Part shown: positions 53,980 to 64,000 of the stretch, piece by piece
How positions within the stretch are numbered: the first letter of the stretch is position 1
Layout: the number at the start of each line of letters is the position of its first letter
The notes under the pieces: generated by a model
The model's input: the letters and a program-made list of their open reading frames with translations, nothing else
Told to the model about the DNA's origin: nothing
Database searches by the model: none
Translations under genes and position numbers: made by a program
Assembly: GCA_031552845.1 (NCBI GenBank)
Contig: JAVBMC010000069.1
Span: forward strand, 2,874-66,873
Reading direction: 5' to 3'
Source: Kiritimatiellia bacterium
GTDB taxonomy: Bacteria; Verrucomicrobiota; Kiritimatiellia; RFP12; DVOR01
Length of the DNA: 64,000 nt

Positions 53980-56091
53980 ATGTATAGTTTACTTTGGCGC
54001 GGTTTGGCGGTGGTAGGGGTGACGGCGTGTTTGGGTTTGGTGGTGGGGTGTACCACGGCTCCAGATGTAAAGGTGGAGCCACCGGATATTAAGAATGCAA
54101 AGGCTAAAGCACCGGGGGGTAGGAATGCAATTGCTTTGCAGTTGAAAAGTGAGGGAGAATTGGGTATCGTCGTCCAGCGGAAATCTATAGTCTCGAGAGA
54201 ACTCAAATTGGAAGATGTGACGCTGGTGCGCGTCAGGGACATGTCCTTGATACTGGCTGATGGGCGCGTATTGGGTAAGGAGCCACGAATCAAGTCAATC
54301 ACGAAGACACCGGTGAATAAATGGTTCAACGCGTCAGTCTATAAGAAGTCCACGGTGGAGATGCAGGGGGAATTCACGCGCGTGGAGTTTGAGGGCGGTT
54401 ATGCGATTACGCTGGCGGCGTTTGAGGATGGCGTAGCATATCGGTGGGAGACGAGTCTGCCGGGCGAGATTAATATTGTGAGTGAGTCGGCAGACTTAGA
54501 TGTATTCCATAATAGTGAAGGTTTCTTCTCTTATGGCAATGGCGAGTATAAGGGGGACCCAATGCAGAACTCGTGGGAGACGCCGCATAGCTTCTCAAAG
54601 GTGGAAGACTTGAATCCGAATAAGTTGGTGCTGTTACCGATGTATTTGCAGACACCGTTTGGGGTAGTGGTGGTATCGGAGACTGATTTGTGGGATTATC
54701 CGGGGTTGAATTACGTCCGATCGAATGACCGTAAAGGGCTCACGACACGTCAGGCCAAGTTACCGGCAGAGGAGGAGTTGGAGAAGGGACGGTATCTGCG
54801 GGTGACCAAGCGTCAGGATATTATTGCCAAGACAAAAGGTACGCGCACGTTTCCGTGGCGGACGTTTACAATCGCTAAAGAGCCTATCGACCTGCTGAAT
54901 GCGGACTTGAACTATAAGTTGGCGGCCCCCTGTACAATGGAGGATACGAGCTGGATTAAGCCCGGCATCGTAGCATGGGATTGGTGGAACAACTGGAACT
55001 TGACGGATGTAGACTTCAAGGCGGGGTGCAACACCAAGACGTACATCAACTTCATCGACTTTGCGGCATCGAACAAGATCCCCTATGTCATTCTCGATGC
55101 AGGCTGGTCGAAGCGCGAGGATGTGTTGTCGCTGAATCCGGAGGTGGATTTGCAGGCGTTGTTCAAGTATGCCGAGGAGAAGAAGGTCGGCTTGATCCTG
55201 TGGTGCACCTATGCGCAGCTGCTTAATCGCGAAGATCAGATTCTCGGACACTATGCCAAGATGGGCGCGAAGGGGTTTAAGATTGATTACTTTGAGCGCG
55301 ATGACCAAACGGTGTTGCAGGCGATGGAGCGCATCGCCCAAGCGGGAGCGAAGCATAAGCTGTTGCTGGATTATCACGGCATCTTCAAACCGGTGGGACA
55401 CCAGCGCAAGTATCCGCACATCCTCACGATTGAGGGTGTGTTTGGGTTGGAACAGGCGAAATGGAACGGCAAGGTGGACTTTGCACGCAACGACACCATC
55501 CTCCCCTTCACCCGCATGGTGGCCGGGCCGATGGACTACACCCCCGGCGCGATGGGCAACCAGACGCTGGAACAGTTCAAGCCCAACTACAACGCCCCCA
55601 CTGCGCAAGGCACCCGTGTGCATCAGATGGCGTTGATGATGATGTTTGAGTCACCGTTGCAAATGATGTGTGACTCCCCTTCCAAGTACCGCGCTAACCC
55701 GGAGTGCACCGACTTCATGGCGAAGATTCCGACAGTGTGGGATGAAACAATCGGCCTAGAAGGAAAACCCGGCGAGTATCTCGTCATGGCACGGCGTAAA
55801 GGCGATGCGTGGTATATCGCCGGCATTAATAATTGGGATACCGAGAGAAGCTGCGGAATTGAGTTGAAGCGCTTCCTGCAAGACTGGAACTGGACGTGTG
55901 AGGCCTTCGCTGATGGTAATGTTGCGCTCGGGAGGAAAGAAGCTGGCACAGATAGAAGCAAAGCGAGTACTGACCCAAGCGATTGGAAGCGCGAAACTGA
56001 TATCAGAAACCTGTTGCACTCTTCAATGGGAGTTGCCGTACACATGGCACCAGGCGGGGGTTGGATTGGCCGTTTCGAGCGCAAGAAATAG
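53980..56091 (+). CDS. Glycoside hydrolase family 97, lipoprotein (copy 1)
   Basis: GGAGG RBS, lipobox LVVGC; WIKPG, GFKIDY, EGVFGLE, RMVAGPMDYTPG, PTVWDET. Confidence 0.93.
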   Translation: MYSLLWRGLAVVGVTACLGLVVGCTTAPDVKVEPPDIKNAKAKAPGGRNAIALQLKSEGELGIVVQRKSIVSRELKLEDVTLVRVRDMSLILADGRVLGKEPRIKSITKTPVNKWFNASVYKKSTVEMQGEFTRVEFEGGYAITLAAFEDGVAYRWETSLPGEINIVSESADLDVFHNSEGFFSYGNGEYKGDPMQNSWETPHSFSKVEDLNPNKLVLLPMYLQTPFGVVVVSETDLWDYPGLNYVRSNDRKGLTTRQAKLPAEEELEKGRYLRVTKRQDIIAKTKGTRTFPWRTFTIAKEPIDLLNADLNYKLAAPCTMEDTSWIKPGIVAWDWWNNWNLTDVDFKAGCNTKTYINFIDFAASNKIPYVILDAGWSKREDVLSLNPEVDLQALFKYAEEKKVGLILWCTYAQLLNREDQILGHYAKMGAKGFKIDYFERDDQTVLQAMERIAQAGAKHKLLLDYHGIFKPVGHQRKYPHILTIEGVFGLEQAKWNGKVDFARNDTILPFTRMVAGPMDYTPGAMGNQTLEQFKPNYNAPTAQGTRVHQMALMMMFESPLQMMCDSPSKYRANPECTDFMAKIPTVWDETIGLEGKPGEYLVMARRKGDAWYIAGINNWDTERSCGIELKRFLQDWNWTCEAFADGNVALGRKEAGTDRSKASTDPSDWKRETDIRNLLHSSMGVAVHMAPGGGWIGRFERKK

Positions 56092-56110
56092 CAAATCATA
56101 GGGAGACGGT

Positions 56111-58108
56111 ATGAGGTTCAAACTAGCGGGATTTTGCGTGCTGCTGGCAGTGGGGGCGTTTGCCATGCAGGCTTACGAGCGGACGTTCAAGGGCACTTAT
56201 ACGGTGACATCGCCCGATGGGCGAAATCGATTTGTGCTTGAGGCCAGCGAGGATCTGATCACCTACTCGGTATATCACGGTGAGCAGGCAGTCATCCTCG
56301 CTAATCCGATCAGCATGACACTCGATGGCGGGGTTGTCCTTGGGGTTGGCTCGAAGGTACTCAGCACCAAGCGCACCCGCTTGAACGAGACGGTCAAGTC
56401 GCCGTTCTATAAGAAGTCGGAGGTCGTCATTCAAGGCGAACAGCGCACAATTACCTTTGGGGGCGGTTATGCGATTACGATTGCCGCGTTCGACGATGGC
56501 GTGGCTTACCGTTGGGAGACCGCCCTGCCCGGCGAAATCACCATCATCAATGAGCAAGCAGGCATCAAACCCGCGCTTGATTATCAGGGGTTCTTCTCTT
56601 ACGGTAACGGCATGTTTGAGGGGGATGTTTTTCAGAACTCGTGGGAAACGACCTATGAGCATTGCAAGGTATCCGAACTCGACCACAAGAAGTTGGTGAT
56701 GCTGCCCTTTTATCTCAGCTTGCCTAACGGTGGTGCCATGGTGATGTCGGAGACTGACTTGGTGGATTATCCCGGCCTCAACTTCTTCCGTAATATGCTT
56801 GACCCGCAGAAGCTGGACTCTGTTTTTGCGTTATTCCCGGACTTGAAGACGATTGAGCGGACGCCGCTTCATCTGCGCGTGCACAACCGTTTGGGATATA
56901 TTGCCAAGACCAAAGGTACGCGGACGTTTCCGTGGCGCACGTTTACCCTCGTGAAGCATCCGCCGGAAGTGATGAATGCCGACTTGAATTACAAGCTGGC
57001 CTCAGCGTGCGCATTGGCGGATACCAGCTGGATCAAGCCAGGCAAGGTCGCATGGGAGTGGTGGCATTCGTGCAATTTGACAGATGTCGAATTCAAGCCC
57101 GGGTGCAACACGCCGACCTATAAGCACTATATCGACTTTGCGGCGGCGAACGGTATTGAGTATATCATTCTCGATGGCGGCTGGACGGGCGAGAAGGATA
57201 TCATCAATCCCAGCAAGAATGTCGATTTGCCGGAGCTGATCCGCTATGGCAACGCGAAGAATGTCGGGCTGATTCTGTGGGCGGCGTGGCCGCAGCTTTA
57301 CGGACGGCAGGAGGCCGTCATCGGCCATTATGCGCAGATGGGCGCGAAGGGATTCAAGATCGACTTCTTTGACCGCGACGATCAGGACGTGATGCGATGC
57401 ATCGACCTCATCGCCCAAGCGGGAGCAAAGCATAAGATGCTGATTGACCTGCACGGCATATTCAAACCCGCCGGGTTTCAACGCACCTATCCAAACGTCA
57501 TTAACTTTGAAGGCGTGTTCGGGCTGGAGCAGGCGAAGTGGGACGACAAAGCCGACTTCATGCGCCACGATACCATCCTCCCCTTCACCCGTATGGTGGC
57601 CGGACCGATGGACTACACGCCCGGCGCGATGGGCAACGTGACCAAAGCCAACTTCAAACCGAACTACGACGCCCCCGTGGCGCAAGGCACCCGCGTGCAT
57701 CAAATGGCGTTGATGATGATGCTGGAGGCACCGCTGCAGATGTTCTGCGACTCTCCTTCCAAATACCGCGCCAGCCCGGAGTGCACCGAGTTCATGGCGA
57801 AGATTCCAACAGTGTGGGATGAAACAATCGGCTTAAAAGGCGAGCCCGGCAAGTATGCCGTCATCGCGCGCCGCAAAGGTAATGTGTGGTATGTCGCAGC
57901 CGTTAATAACTGGGAGGAGCGGACAGTCACGGTCGGGCTCAACACTATCCTCAAAGACGATCAGTGGAACAGTGAGGTCTTTCAAGACGGCGATGATGCT
58001 GCAATCAATTCTACAGTTTGGAAACGCAGGACTGACTTGCAAACGCAGATGCAGAGCATCGAGCTCGCACCCGGCGGCGGTTGGATCGGCCGCTTTGAAC
58101 GCCGGTGA
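56111..58108 (+). CDS. Glycoside hydrolase family 97 (copy 2)
   Basis: Signal peptide; same GH97 motifs with GFKIDF. Confidence 0.93.
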   Translation: MRFKLAGFCVLLAVGAFAMQAYERTFKGTYTVTSPDGRNRFVLEASEDLITYSVYHGEQAVILANPISMTLDGGVVLGVGSKVLSTKRTRLNETVKSPFYKKSEVVIQGEQRTITFGGGYAITIAAFDDGVAYRWETALPGEITIINEQAGIKPALDYQGFFSYGNGMFEGDVFQNSWETTYEHCKVSELDHKKLVMLPFYLSLPNGGAMVMSETDLVDYPGLNFFRNMLDPQKLDSVFALFPDLKTIERTPLHLRVHNRLGYIAKTKGTRTFPWRTFTLVKHPPEVMNADLNYKLASACALADTSWIKPGKVAWEWWHSCNLTDVEFKPGCNTPTYKHYIDFAAANGIEYIILDGGWTGEKDIINPSKNVDLPELIRYGNAKNVGLILWAAWPQLYGRQEAVIGHYAQMGAKGFKIDFFDRDDQDVMRCIDLIAQAGAKHKMLIDLHGIFKPAGFQRTYPNVINFEGVFGLEQAKWDDKADFMRHDTILPFTRMVAGPMDYTPGAMGNVTKANFKPNYDAPVAQGTRVHQMALMMMLEAPLQMFCDSPSKYRASPECTEFMAKIPTVWDETIGLKGEPGKYAVIARRKGNVWYVAAVNNWEERTVTVGLNTILKDDQWNSEVFQDGDDAAINSTVWKRRTDLQTQMQSIELAPGGGWIGRFERR

Positions 58109-58142
58109 GCAAAGACCGCAGTTTATACCTGATTCCAAGGAC

Positions 58143-58228
58143 TGAGGTCACCTGACCTCAGACTCGCAGGTGCTTAGACCTCATCCGTTGAGGTCGCCTG
58201 ACCTCTAAGTATGAGGTCAAGTGACCTT
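58143..58228. repeat. Cluster of imperfect palindromes GAGGTC-N4-GACCT(C)
   Basis: Copies start at 58144, 58190 and 58213, with a half site near 58177. Confidence 0.7.
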
Positions 58229-58383
58229 GCAAAGGAATTACTAGAGGTGCCCATTAGAAGTGGCCTGCGCGATGGCGCGAAGAGCCGTTTTCCTGTCTGT
58301 GAGGCGTTTTTGGTTGCAACGGCAAGCGGGTTGGGTGTATAATGCAGAGACATTGTTTGTAGTCGATTAAATAGGGGATTATT

Positions 58384-60387
58384 ATGAAGTTGAAATTAGG
58401 GGGTGCCTGCGCGTTGATTGCCGCAGCGGGTTGTTTTGCCATGCAGTCGTTCGAGAAGATGCCGGAGGGAATGTATGCGGCAACTTCGCCGGATGGGCAG
58501 AATAAGATTGTGCTCGACACCGCCGGTGATGTGATTACTTTCTCCGTGCTGCGCGGCGGCGTGCCGGTGGTGGCGGTATCTGAAATCAACATGACGCTGG
58601 CCGATGGCAAAGTATTAGGTAAAGCCCCAAAAGTCACAGATACGAAGCGTACCCGCCTGAATGAAACAGTCAAATCGCCTTTCTATAAGAAGGCCGAGGT
58701 TGCCATCAAGGGCGAGCAAAGGACAATCACCTTTGAAGGCGGTTATGCCCTCACGCTGGCGGCGTTTGACGATGGCGTGGCTTACCGCTGGGAAACCGCC
58801 CTCCCCGGCGAAATCACAATCATCGGCGAACAGGCGAGCATCAAGCCCGCAGGCGACTTAGAAGGCTTCTTCTCCTACGGCAATGGCGCATGGGAAGGCG
58901 ACCCCGCTCAGAACTCATGGGAGACCACTTACGAAGGCTGTCCGGTTTCCAAGCTCGACCCGAAGCAGCTGGTGATGATGCCGTTCTATCTGAAGGCGTC
59001 CAACTGCGTCGTGGCAATGTCCGAGACCGACTTGGTGGATTACCCGGGGCTCAACTTCTTCCGCAGCAAGACGCATCCGCAGAACTTGGACTCCTTCTTT
59101 GCGGCGTTCCCCGACCTGAAGAAAATTGAAAACGACCAACGCCAGCTCCGCATCCGCGGCCGCTTGAACTACCTTGCCAAGACGCAAGGCACGCGGACCT
59201 TCCCCTGGCGCACGTTCACCCTCGCCGCAAATCCGGCTCAGCTGATGAACGCCGACCTGAACTACAAGCTTGCAACGCCCTGCGTGTTGGAAGACATCAG
59301 CTGGATCAAGCCCGGCAAGGTCGCGTGGGACTGGTGGAATGCGTGGAACCTGACCGACGTTGATTTCAAGGCCGGCTGCAACACGAAGACTTATGAGAAC
59401 TATATCGATTTTGCCGCAAAGAATGGTATTGAGTATGTGATCTTGGATGAGGGCTGGTCGGTGAAGCTCAAAATCATGGAGCTGAATCCTGAAGTTGACC
59501 TCGTACACTTGCTCAAGTATGCCGAAGAGCGCAATGTCGGTTTGATTCTCTGGGCCGCTTGGCCGCAGCTGTATAACCGCCAGGAGGAAATCATCAGCCA
59601 CTACGCCAAGATGGGCGCCAAGGGTTTCAAGATCGACTTCTTCGACCGCGACGACCAAGAGGTATTGCAGTATATGGAGACCACGGCCAAGGTTGCCGCC
59701 AAATACAAGGTGCTTGTTGACTACCATGGCATATTCAAACCCGCCGGCATGCAGCGCACCTATCCCAACGTCATCAACTTCGAAGGCGTGTACGGACTTG
59801 AACAGGCCAAGTGGGATGCCAAGCAGGACTTCATGCGCCACGACACAATCCTCCCCTTCACCCGCATGGTGGCTGGGCCGTTGGATTACACGCCCGGCGC
59901 AATGCACAATCAAACCAAGGCTGAGTTCAAACCCAACTTCGACGATCCGACAGCACAGGGTACCCGCGTGCATCAAATGGCGCTGTTGGTGTTGTTTGAA
60001 GCGCCCCTCCAAATGCTCTGCGACTCTCCCTCCAAATACCGCGCCAACCAAACCTGTGCGACATTCATGGCGGGCATTCCGACTGTGTGGGACGAGACCA
60101 TCGGCATTGATGGCGAGCCCGGCAAGTTCGTCGTCATCGCACGCCGCTTGGGCAAGACGTGGTATATCGCGGCTGTCAACAACTGGACGGCTATGGATTA
60201 TGATTTGAACTTGGCGGCTATCCTCAAGAAGGGCAAGTGGCAGGCTGAAATCTTCGCCGATGCGGCCGATGCCGGCACCAAGCCGATGAACTACACAACG
60301 GAATCCAAGGAAGTCTCCGGCAGCCAATTGCTCAACATCAAGCTGGTTCCCGGCGGCGGTTGGGTGGCAAAGTTCACTGAGAAATAA
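58384..60387 (+). CDS. Glycoside hydrolase family 97 (copy 3)
   Basis: Signal peptide; same GH97 motifs. Confidence 0.93.
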   Translation: MKLKLGGACALIAAAGCFAMQSFEKMPEGMYAATSPDGQNKIVLDTAGDVITFSVLRGGVPVVAVSEINMTLADGKVLGKAPKVTDTKRTRLNETVKSPFYKKAEVAIKGEQRTITFEGGYALTLAAFDDGVAYRWETALPGEITIIGEQASIKPAGDLEGFFSYGNGAWEGDPAQNSWETTYEGCPVSKLDPKQLVMMPFYLKASNCVVAMSETDLVDYPGLNFFRSKTHPQNLDSFFAAFPDLKKIENDQRQLRIRGRLNYLAKTQGTRTFPWRTFTLAANPAQLMNADLNYKLATPCVLEDISWIKPGKVAWDWWNAWNLTDVDFKAGCNTKTYENYIDFAAKNGIEYVILDEGWSVKLKIMELNPEVDLVHLLKYAEERNVGLILWAAWPQLYNRQEEIISHYAKMGAKGFKIDFFDRDDQEVLQYMETTAKVAAKYKVLVDYHGIFKPAGMQRTYPNVINFEGVYGLEQAKWDAKQDFMRHDTILPFTRMVAGPLDYTPGAMHNQTKAEFKPNFDDPTAQGTRVHQMALLVLFEAPLQMLCDSPSKYRANQTCATFMAGIPTVWDETIGIDGEPGKFVVIARRLGKTWYIAAVNNWTAMDYDLNLAAILKKGKWQAEIFADAADAGTKPMNYTTESKEVSGSQLLNIKLVPGGGWVAKFTEK

Positions 60388-60440
60388 TCTTAAGGCGGGA
60401 GCGCCACGGTTGGCCCGGACGCTCCTGCAATCCATAAGCA

Positions 60441-61799
60441 ATGATTTTTACACGACGTTCATTTCTGCGGACGGCGCCCTTGAGTGCGGCGCCTTTGCTG
60501 TTGCCTGGTTGCATGACCGGCGGAGAACAGCAGCGGTTCGCAGCTAATGCCCCCTTGCGCATCGGCATCATCGGATGCGGACGCATGGCGGGCAACCATA
60601 TCCGCACATTGTTGACACTGCCGGAGGCGGTGCGTATCACGGCATTGTGCGATGTGGACGCTCTGCGCCTCCAGCGCACGGGCGAAACGATTGCAGAAGC
60701 CGGATTGTATCCCAAGCCGGCTCTTTTTTCAGATGTGCGCTTGATGGTGCGCGATGAGAATGTGGATATTGTACTGGTAGCAACACCGGACTTTCAGCAT
60801 GGATATTGCGCTGCCGCCGCTTTGCTGGCCGGCAAGGATGTCTATCTCGAAAAGCCCACGACTTATACGGTTGAAGAAGGTCGCCTCCTGCTGAAGCTGG
60901 CGAAAGCGAAGAACTTGATTGTTCAGATCGGCTCACAACAACGTTCGCAAAAAGAGTTTTACACCGCGGCCGAGTTGGTTCGCGCCGGACGCATTGGCAA
61001 GATCAAGACGATCAAGGTTGGTTTGCCGTCCGACGTTGAGGGCGGTTCTGCAGCACCGATGCCGGTACCGGAGACGTTGGATTACGACCGCTGGCTGGGG
61101 CCCCTGCCCTTTAGTCCTTACACCGAAGACCGCGTACACCCGCAGGCTGATTTGGGCCGTCCGGGCTGGATGCGCTGGGAACCGGCTGACTTGGGCATGG
61201 TCGCCAACTGGGGCGCACACCATATCGACATCGCACAATGGGCGATGGATTCCGGCGTGCCCGTACAAGCTGTCGGACAGGCCGAGTTTCTCAAGCAGGG
61301 TCTTTGGAATGTTCACCGCACGATGGATGTACTGCTCACCTACCGTAACGGCGTGACGCTGCATCTGTGCGACAAATACTACAACGGTATCTTGTTTGAG
61401 GGTGAGAAGGGCTGGCTGTTTGCCTCGCGCGATAACATCCGCCTGCCCGCCGACAGTCCGTTTGCACCGCGCAAGGTTTTGAAGGCGCTCGACGCTTCCG
61501 ATCCGGCGATCTTGGCTCCATTGGGCAAAAACGAGAAAGTGCTTCATCATGAGGGCTTCTCTCACATAGAGGATTGGTTCAACGCCGTCCGTACCCGCAC
61601 GCAGCCGGTCGCTCCGCTGGCCGCCGGGCACGCCGCGAATACGGCATGCGTCATTGCCTGGGCGGCCATGAAGACCGGCAAGCTGCTGCACTGGAATCCC
61701 GAGACTGAAATGTTCGTTGATAATCCGCGCGCCAATACGCTGATCGCTTATACGCCGCGCCGTCAATTTTCGATTCGTTCACTTATTAAAAACAACTAA
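60441..61799 (+). CDS. Tat-exported Gfo/Idh/MocA oxidoreductase
   Basis: TRRSFL Tat motif, IGCGRMA, YLEKP, GSQQRS and WGAHHID. Confidence 0.9.
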   Translation: MIFTRRSFLRTAPLSAAPLLLPGCMTGGEQQRFAANAPLRIGIIGCGRMAGNHIRTLLTLPEAVRITALCDVDALRLQRTGETIAEAGLYPKPALFSDVRLMVRDENVDIVLVATPDFQHGYCAAAALLAGKDVYLEKPTTYTVEEGRLLLKLAKAKNLIVQIGSQQRSQKEFYTAAELVRAGRIGKIKTIKVGLPSDVEGGSAAPMPVPETLDYDRWLGPLPFSPYTEDRVHPQADLGRPGWMRWEPADLGMVANWGAHHIDIAQWAMDSGVPVQAVGQAEFLKQGLWNVHRTMDVLLTYRNGVTLHLCDKYYNGILFEGEKGWLFASRDNIRLPADSPFAPRKVLKALDASDPAILAPLGKNEKVLHHEGFSHIEDWFNAVRTRTQPVAPLAAGHAANTACVIAWAAMKTGKLLHWNPETEMFVDNPRANTLIAYTPRRQFSIRSLIKNN

Positions 61800-61813
61800 C
61801 CCCTAAGGCTACT

Positions 61814-63325
61814 ATGAAAAGTTCACGCCGTCAATTCTTGCAGACTACGACCGCCGCAGGCGCTGTTGCAGCCACTGCCTCCATCCTTCCCGCTTGCTGC
61901 ACCTGTTCGGGTGGCCGTAAAAAACATGCCGATGGAAAGATTCATGTGGGTATCATCGGCCTTGGCCGCATCTCCAACGAGTTCGAGATGCCAAACCTCT
62001 TCAAGCAGTCCGACAAGGCCATCATTGTCGCGGTCTCGGACTTTGACAAGAACCGTCTCGACGCCGGACAGAAGCGCGTCAACGACCAATATAAGAATGA
62101 AACTTGCAAAGCTTATTCCAACTACAAAGACCTGATCAACGACCCGAACGTCGACGCCGTGATGGTTTGTACGCCCGACCACTGGCATGCCTTGGCTTGC
62201 GTCGAAACCGCCATTGCCGGCAAGGACATCTGGGTGCAGAAGCCCCTCGCACAGACCATCGCCGAGAGCCGCCTGATTGCCGACCTCGTTGAGAAGAAGA
62301 AACTCGTCATGCAAGTCGGCGCGCAGCAGCGCTCCTGGTGGCAGTTCCGCCGTACGTGTGAACTCGTGCGCAACGGGCGTATCGGCAAAATCACCCGCGT
62401 GGAAATTGGCTTGGCAAAGGATCCGAGCGGCGGCAGCTTGGAGAAAATTCCCGTGCCGACAGGCTTTAACTACGACGGCTGGCTGGGGCCGATTGGCGTG
62501 CAGAAGGACTATCCTTATACATCCGACCGCTGCCATCCGCAAGGCAAGCCCGGCAAGCCGAGCTTTGGCCGCCCGGGCTGGATTGTGATTGAGCCCTTTG
62601 GCTGGGGCATGATCACCAACTGGGGTGCCCATCACTTGGACATCGCACAGTGGGGCTTGGGCATGACCGATGCCGGCCCAATTGCTGTTGAAGGCACCTG
62701 CAAGCCTCTCGGCGGCCCTGGCCTCTGGAACGTGCATGGCGATTACGACATCACCTACACCTATCCTAACGGCACAATCCTGAGCCTGTGCAGCGACCAC
62801 CGCAACGGCATCAAGTTCATCGGCGAGAAGGGTTGGATTTTCGTGACGCGTGCCGGCGGCCCGGCCACCAAGAACGACCCCGCAGGTGCGGCGGCTAAGC
62901 TCGATCCGAAGACGTTGAAGGATCCGACCTCACCACAGAACGGCATCTCCTTCGGCATTGAAGTCAGCGACCCCGAGCTGTTGAACATTGTCTATAGCAA
63001 GGAGAAAGACGACGTAATCTTGAAGGACAGTCCTTACCCGGACAAGGGTGAATGCTTCCGTCACGTGGCCGACTGGCTGCAATGCATCGAGACCCGCGAA
63101 AAGCCGATTGCACATGCAGAGAGCAGCCACCGCACGAACATCGTTTGCATTCAAGGCCTTGCCGCGATGAAGCTGAAGCGTCCGCTCAAGTGGAACAACC
63201 AGACCGAGATGTTTGATGATGATGAGGCGAATCTGCGCTTCAACAAACTCTTCTTCGAGCAGCCCGGTTATAGCATCACCGAGGCCATCAAGAAGGCCGG
63301 TCTCACGTCGATGCTGCGCTCGTAA
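61814..63325 (+). CDS. Tat-exported Gfo/Idh/MocA oxidoreductase
   Basis: SRRQFL, IGLGRI, TPDHWH, VQKP and WGAHHLD. Confidence 0.9.
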   Translation: MKSSRRQFLQTTTAAGAVAATASILPACCTCSGGRKKHADGKIHVGIIGLGRISNEFEMPNLFKQSDKAIIVAVSDFDKNRLDAGQKRVNDQYKNETCKAYSNYKDLINDPNVDAVMVCTPDHWHALACVETAIAGKDIWVQKPLAQTIAESRLIADLVEKKKLVMQVGAQQRSWWQFRRTCELVRNGRIGKITRVEIGLAKDPSGGSLEKIPVPTGFNYDGWLGPIGVQKDYPYTSDRCHPQGKPGKPSFGRPGWIVIEPFGWGMITNWGAHHLDIAQWGLGMTDAGPIAVEGTCKPLGGPGLWNVHGDYDITYTYPNGTILSLCSDHRNGIKFIGEKGWIFVTRAGGPATKNDPAGAAAKLDPKTLKDPTSPQNGISFGIEVSDPELLNIVYSKEKDDVILKDSPYPDKGECFRHVADWLQCIETREKPIAHAESSHRTNIVCIQGLAAMKLKRPLKWNNQTEMFDDDEANLRFNKLFFEQPGYSITEAIKKAGLTSMLRS

Positions 63326-63381
63326 GTCACACACGGGGCGGTTCTGCGGAGCCGCCCCTCTCATTTCAAGAAGGAGTCTCC

Positions 63382-64000
63382 ATGACAAAAACTACTCTCC
63401 GCCTGCTGCCGTTAGCCTTGTGCGTGCCGGCCGCTCTGATGTTAGGCTGCGGCCTGTTCAATATGAAATCCAAAGCCCCGCAAATCAGCTTGATTACCCT
63501 CGATCCCGGCCACTTCCACGCCTACCTCGTGCAGAAGCAGATGTATCCGGAGATCAATCCCGTGGTGCATGTTTACGCACCCAAAGGCTCCGAGGTCAAA
63601 GCGCACCTAAAGCAGATTGAAAACTTCAACCACCGCGCCGACAATCCGACATCGTGGAAGGAAGAGGTATTTGTCGGAACCAATTACCTCTCCAAGATGC
63701 TGGCAGACAAAGCCGGCAATGTCGTCGTCATGGCCGGTAACAACGCGCGCAAAGCCGAATACATCGCGGCCTGTGTGAACGCCGGTTTGAACGTACACTC
63801 CGATAAGCCGATGGCCATTACTCCCGAGGATTACGTGGTGCTCAAGCAGGCTCTGATTGATGCAGATCAAAAGGGCGTGCTCGTGCGCGACATCATGACC
63901 GAGCGTTATGAAATCACCACCATCCTGCAAGCCGCCCTCTCCCGTTATCCCGAGCTCTACGGCACGCAAGATATCGGCACGCCCGAGAATCCGGCCATCA
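63382..64000 (+). CDS. Putative Gfo/Idh/MocA-related oxidoreductase, lipoprotein (partial)
   Basis: Manually translated: AAGGAG RBS, LMLGC lipobox, TLDPGHFHA, DKPMAI and DIMTERYEI; runs off the window. Confidence 0.8.
   Translation, partial: MTKTTLRLLPLALCVPAALMLGCGLFNMKSKAPQISLITLDPGHFHAYLVQKQMYPEINPVVHVYAPKGSEVKAHLKQIENFNHRADNPTSWKEEVFVGTNYLSKMLADKAGNVVVMAGNNARKAEYIAACVNAGLNVHSDKPMAITPEDYVVLKQALIDADQKGVLVRDIMTERYEITTILQAALSRYPELYGTQDIGTPENPAI

Noticed and set aside
33271-63969. Long antisense or overlapping ORFs (e.g. 34491-34988, 48640-49434, 58915-60441, 61823-62800, 63607-63969)
   Set aside because: Shadow ORFs opposite well-supported genes, expected from GC-rich codon bias.

Overview
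About half of this window (~2598-32585) is a ~30 kb transposable (Mu-like) prophage with a non-contractile tail module. It has symmetric TGTAAAGGGT termini, a transposase with short integrase-like spacing and an apparent D-E-E triad, and a MuB-like ATPase. Its regulatory/transposition module sits centrally, between the portal and MuF genes. Unusual cargo includes an intact DnaB helicase inside the tail operon, a MuF protein with a C-terminal JAMM/JAB motif followed by a small ORF, a lipobox-bearing tail-type protein with BspA-like LRRs, and a direct-repeat-flanked cassette of three unknown membrane proteins. Three lipoprotein genes and a 22-bp phased repeat array lie to its left. To its right are host genes (SulP, UDPGP/UAP-family pyrophosphorylase, GH5, holB, tmk, a GldAFG-like ABC system with DUF4340, M24 peptidase, ftsW, dapL, lipid A acyltransferase, rpmB). 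These are followed by a frameshifted IS30, an HU/DUF4469-like protein, a PTS IIA domain, tRNA-Thr(TGT), three GH97 genes and three Gfo/Idh/MocA-type oxidoreductases. A ~135-bp element (sigma70 promoter plus ~104-nt structured leader) occurs twice, at 33061-33196 (-) and 52950-53088 (+), and is a candidate unrecognised cis-regulatory RNA. Gene content suggests a PVC-group host such as Kiritimatiellae/Lentisphaerae (inference). Family assignments are from visual motif recognition, not database searches.
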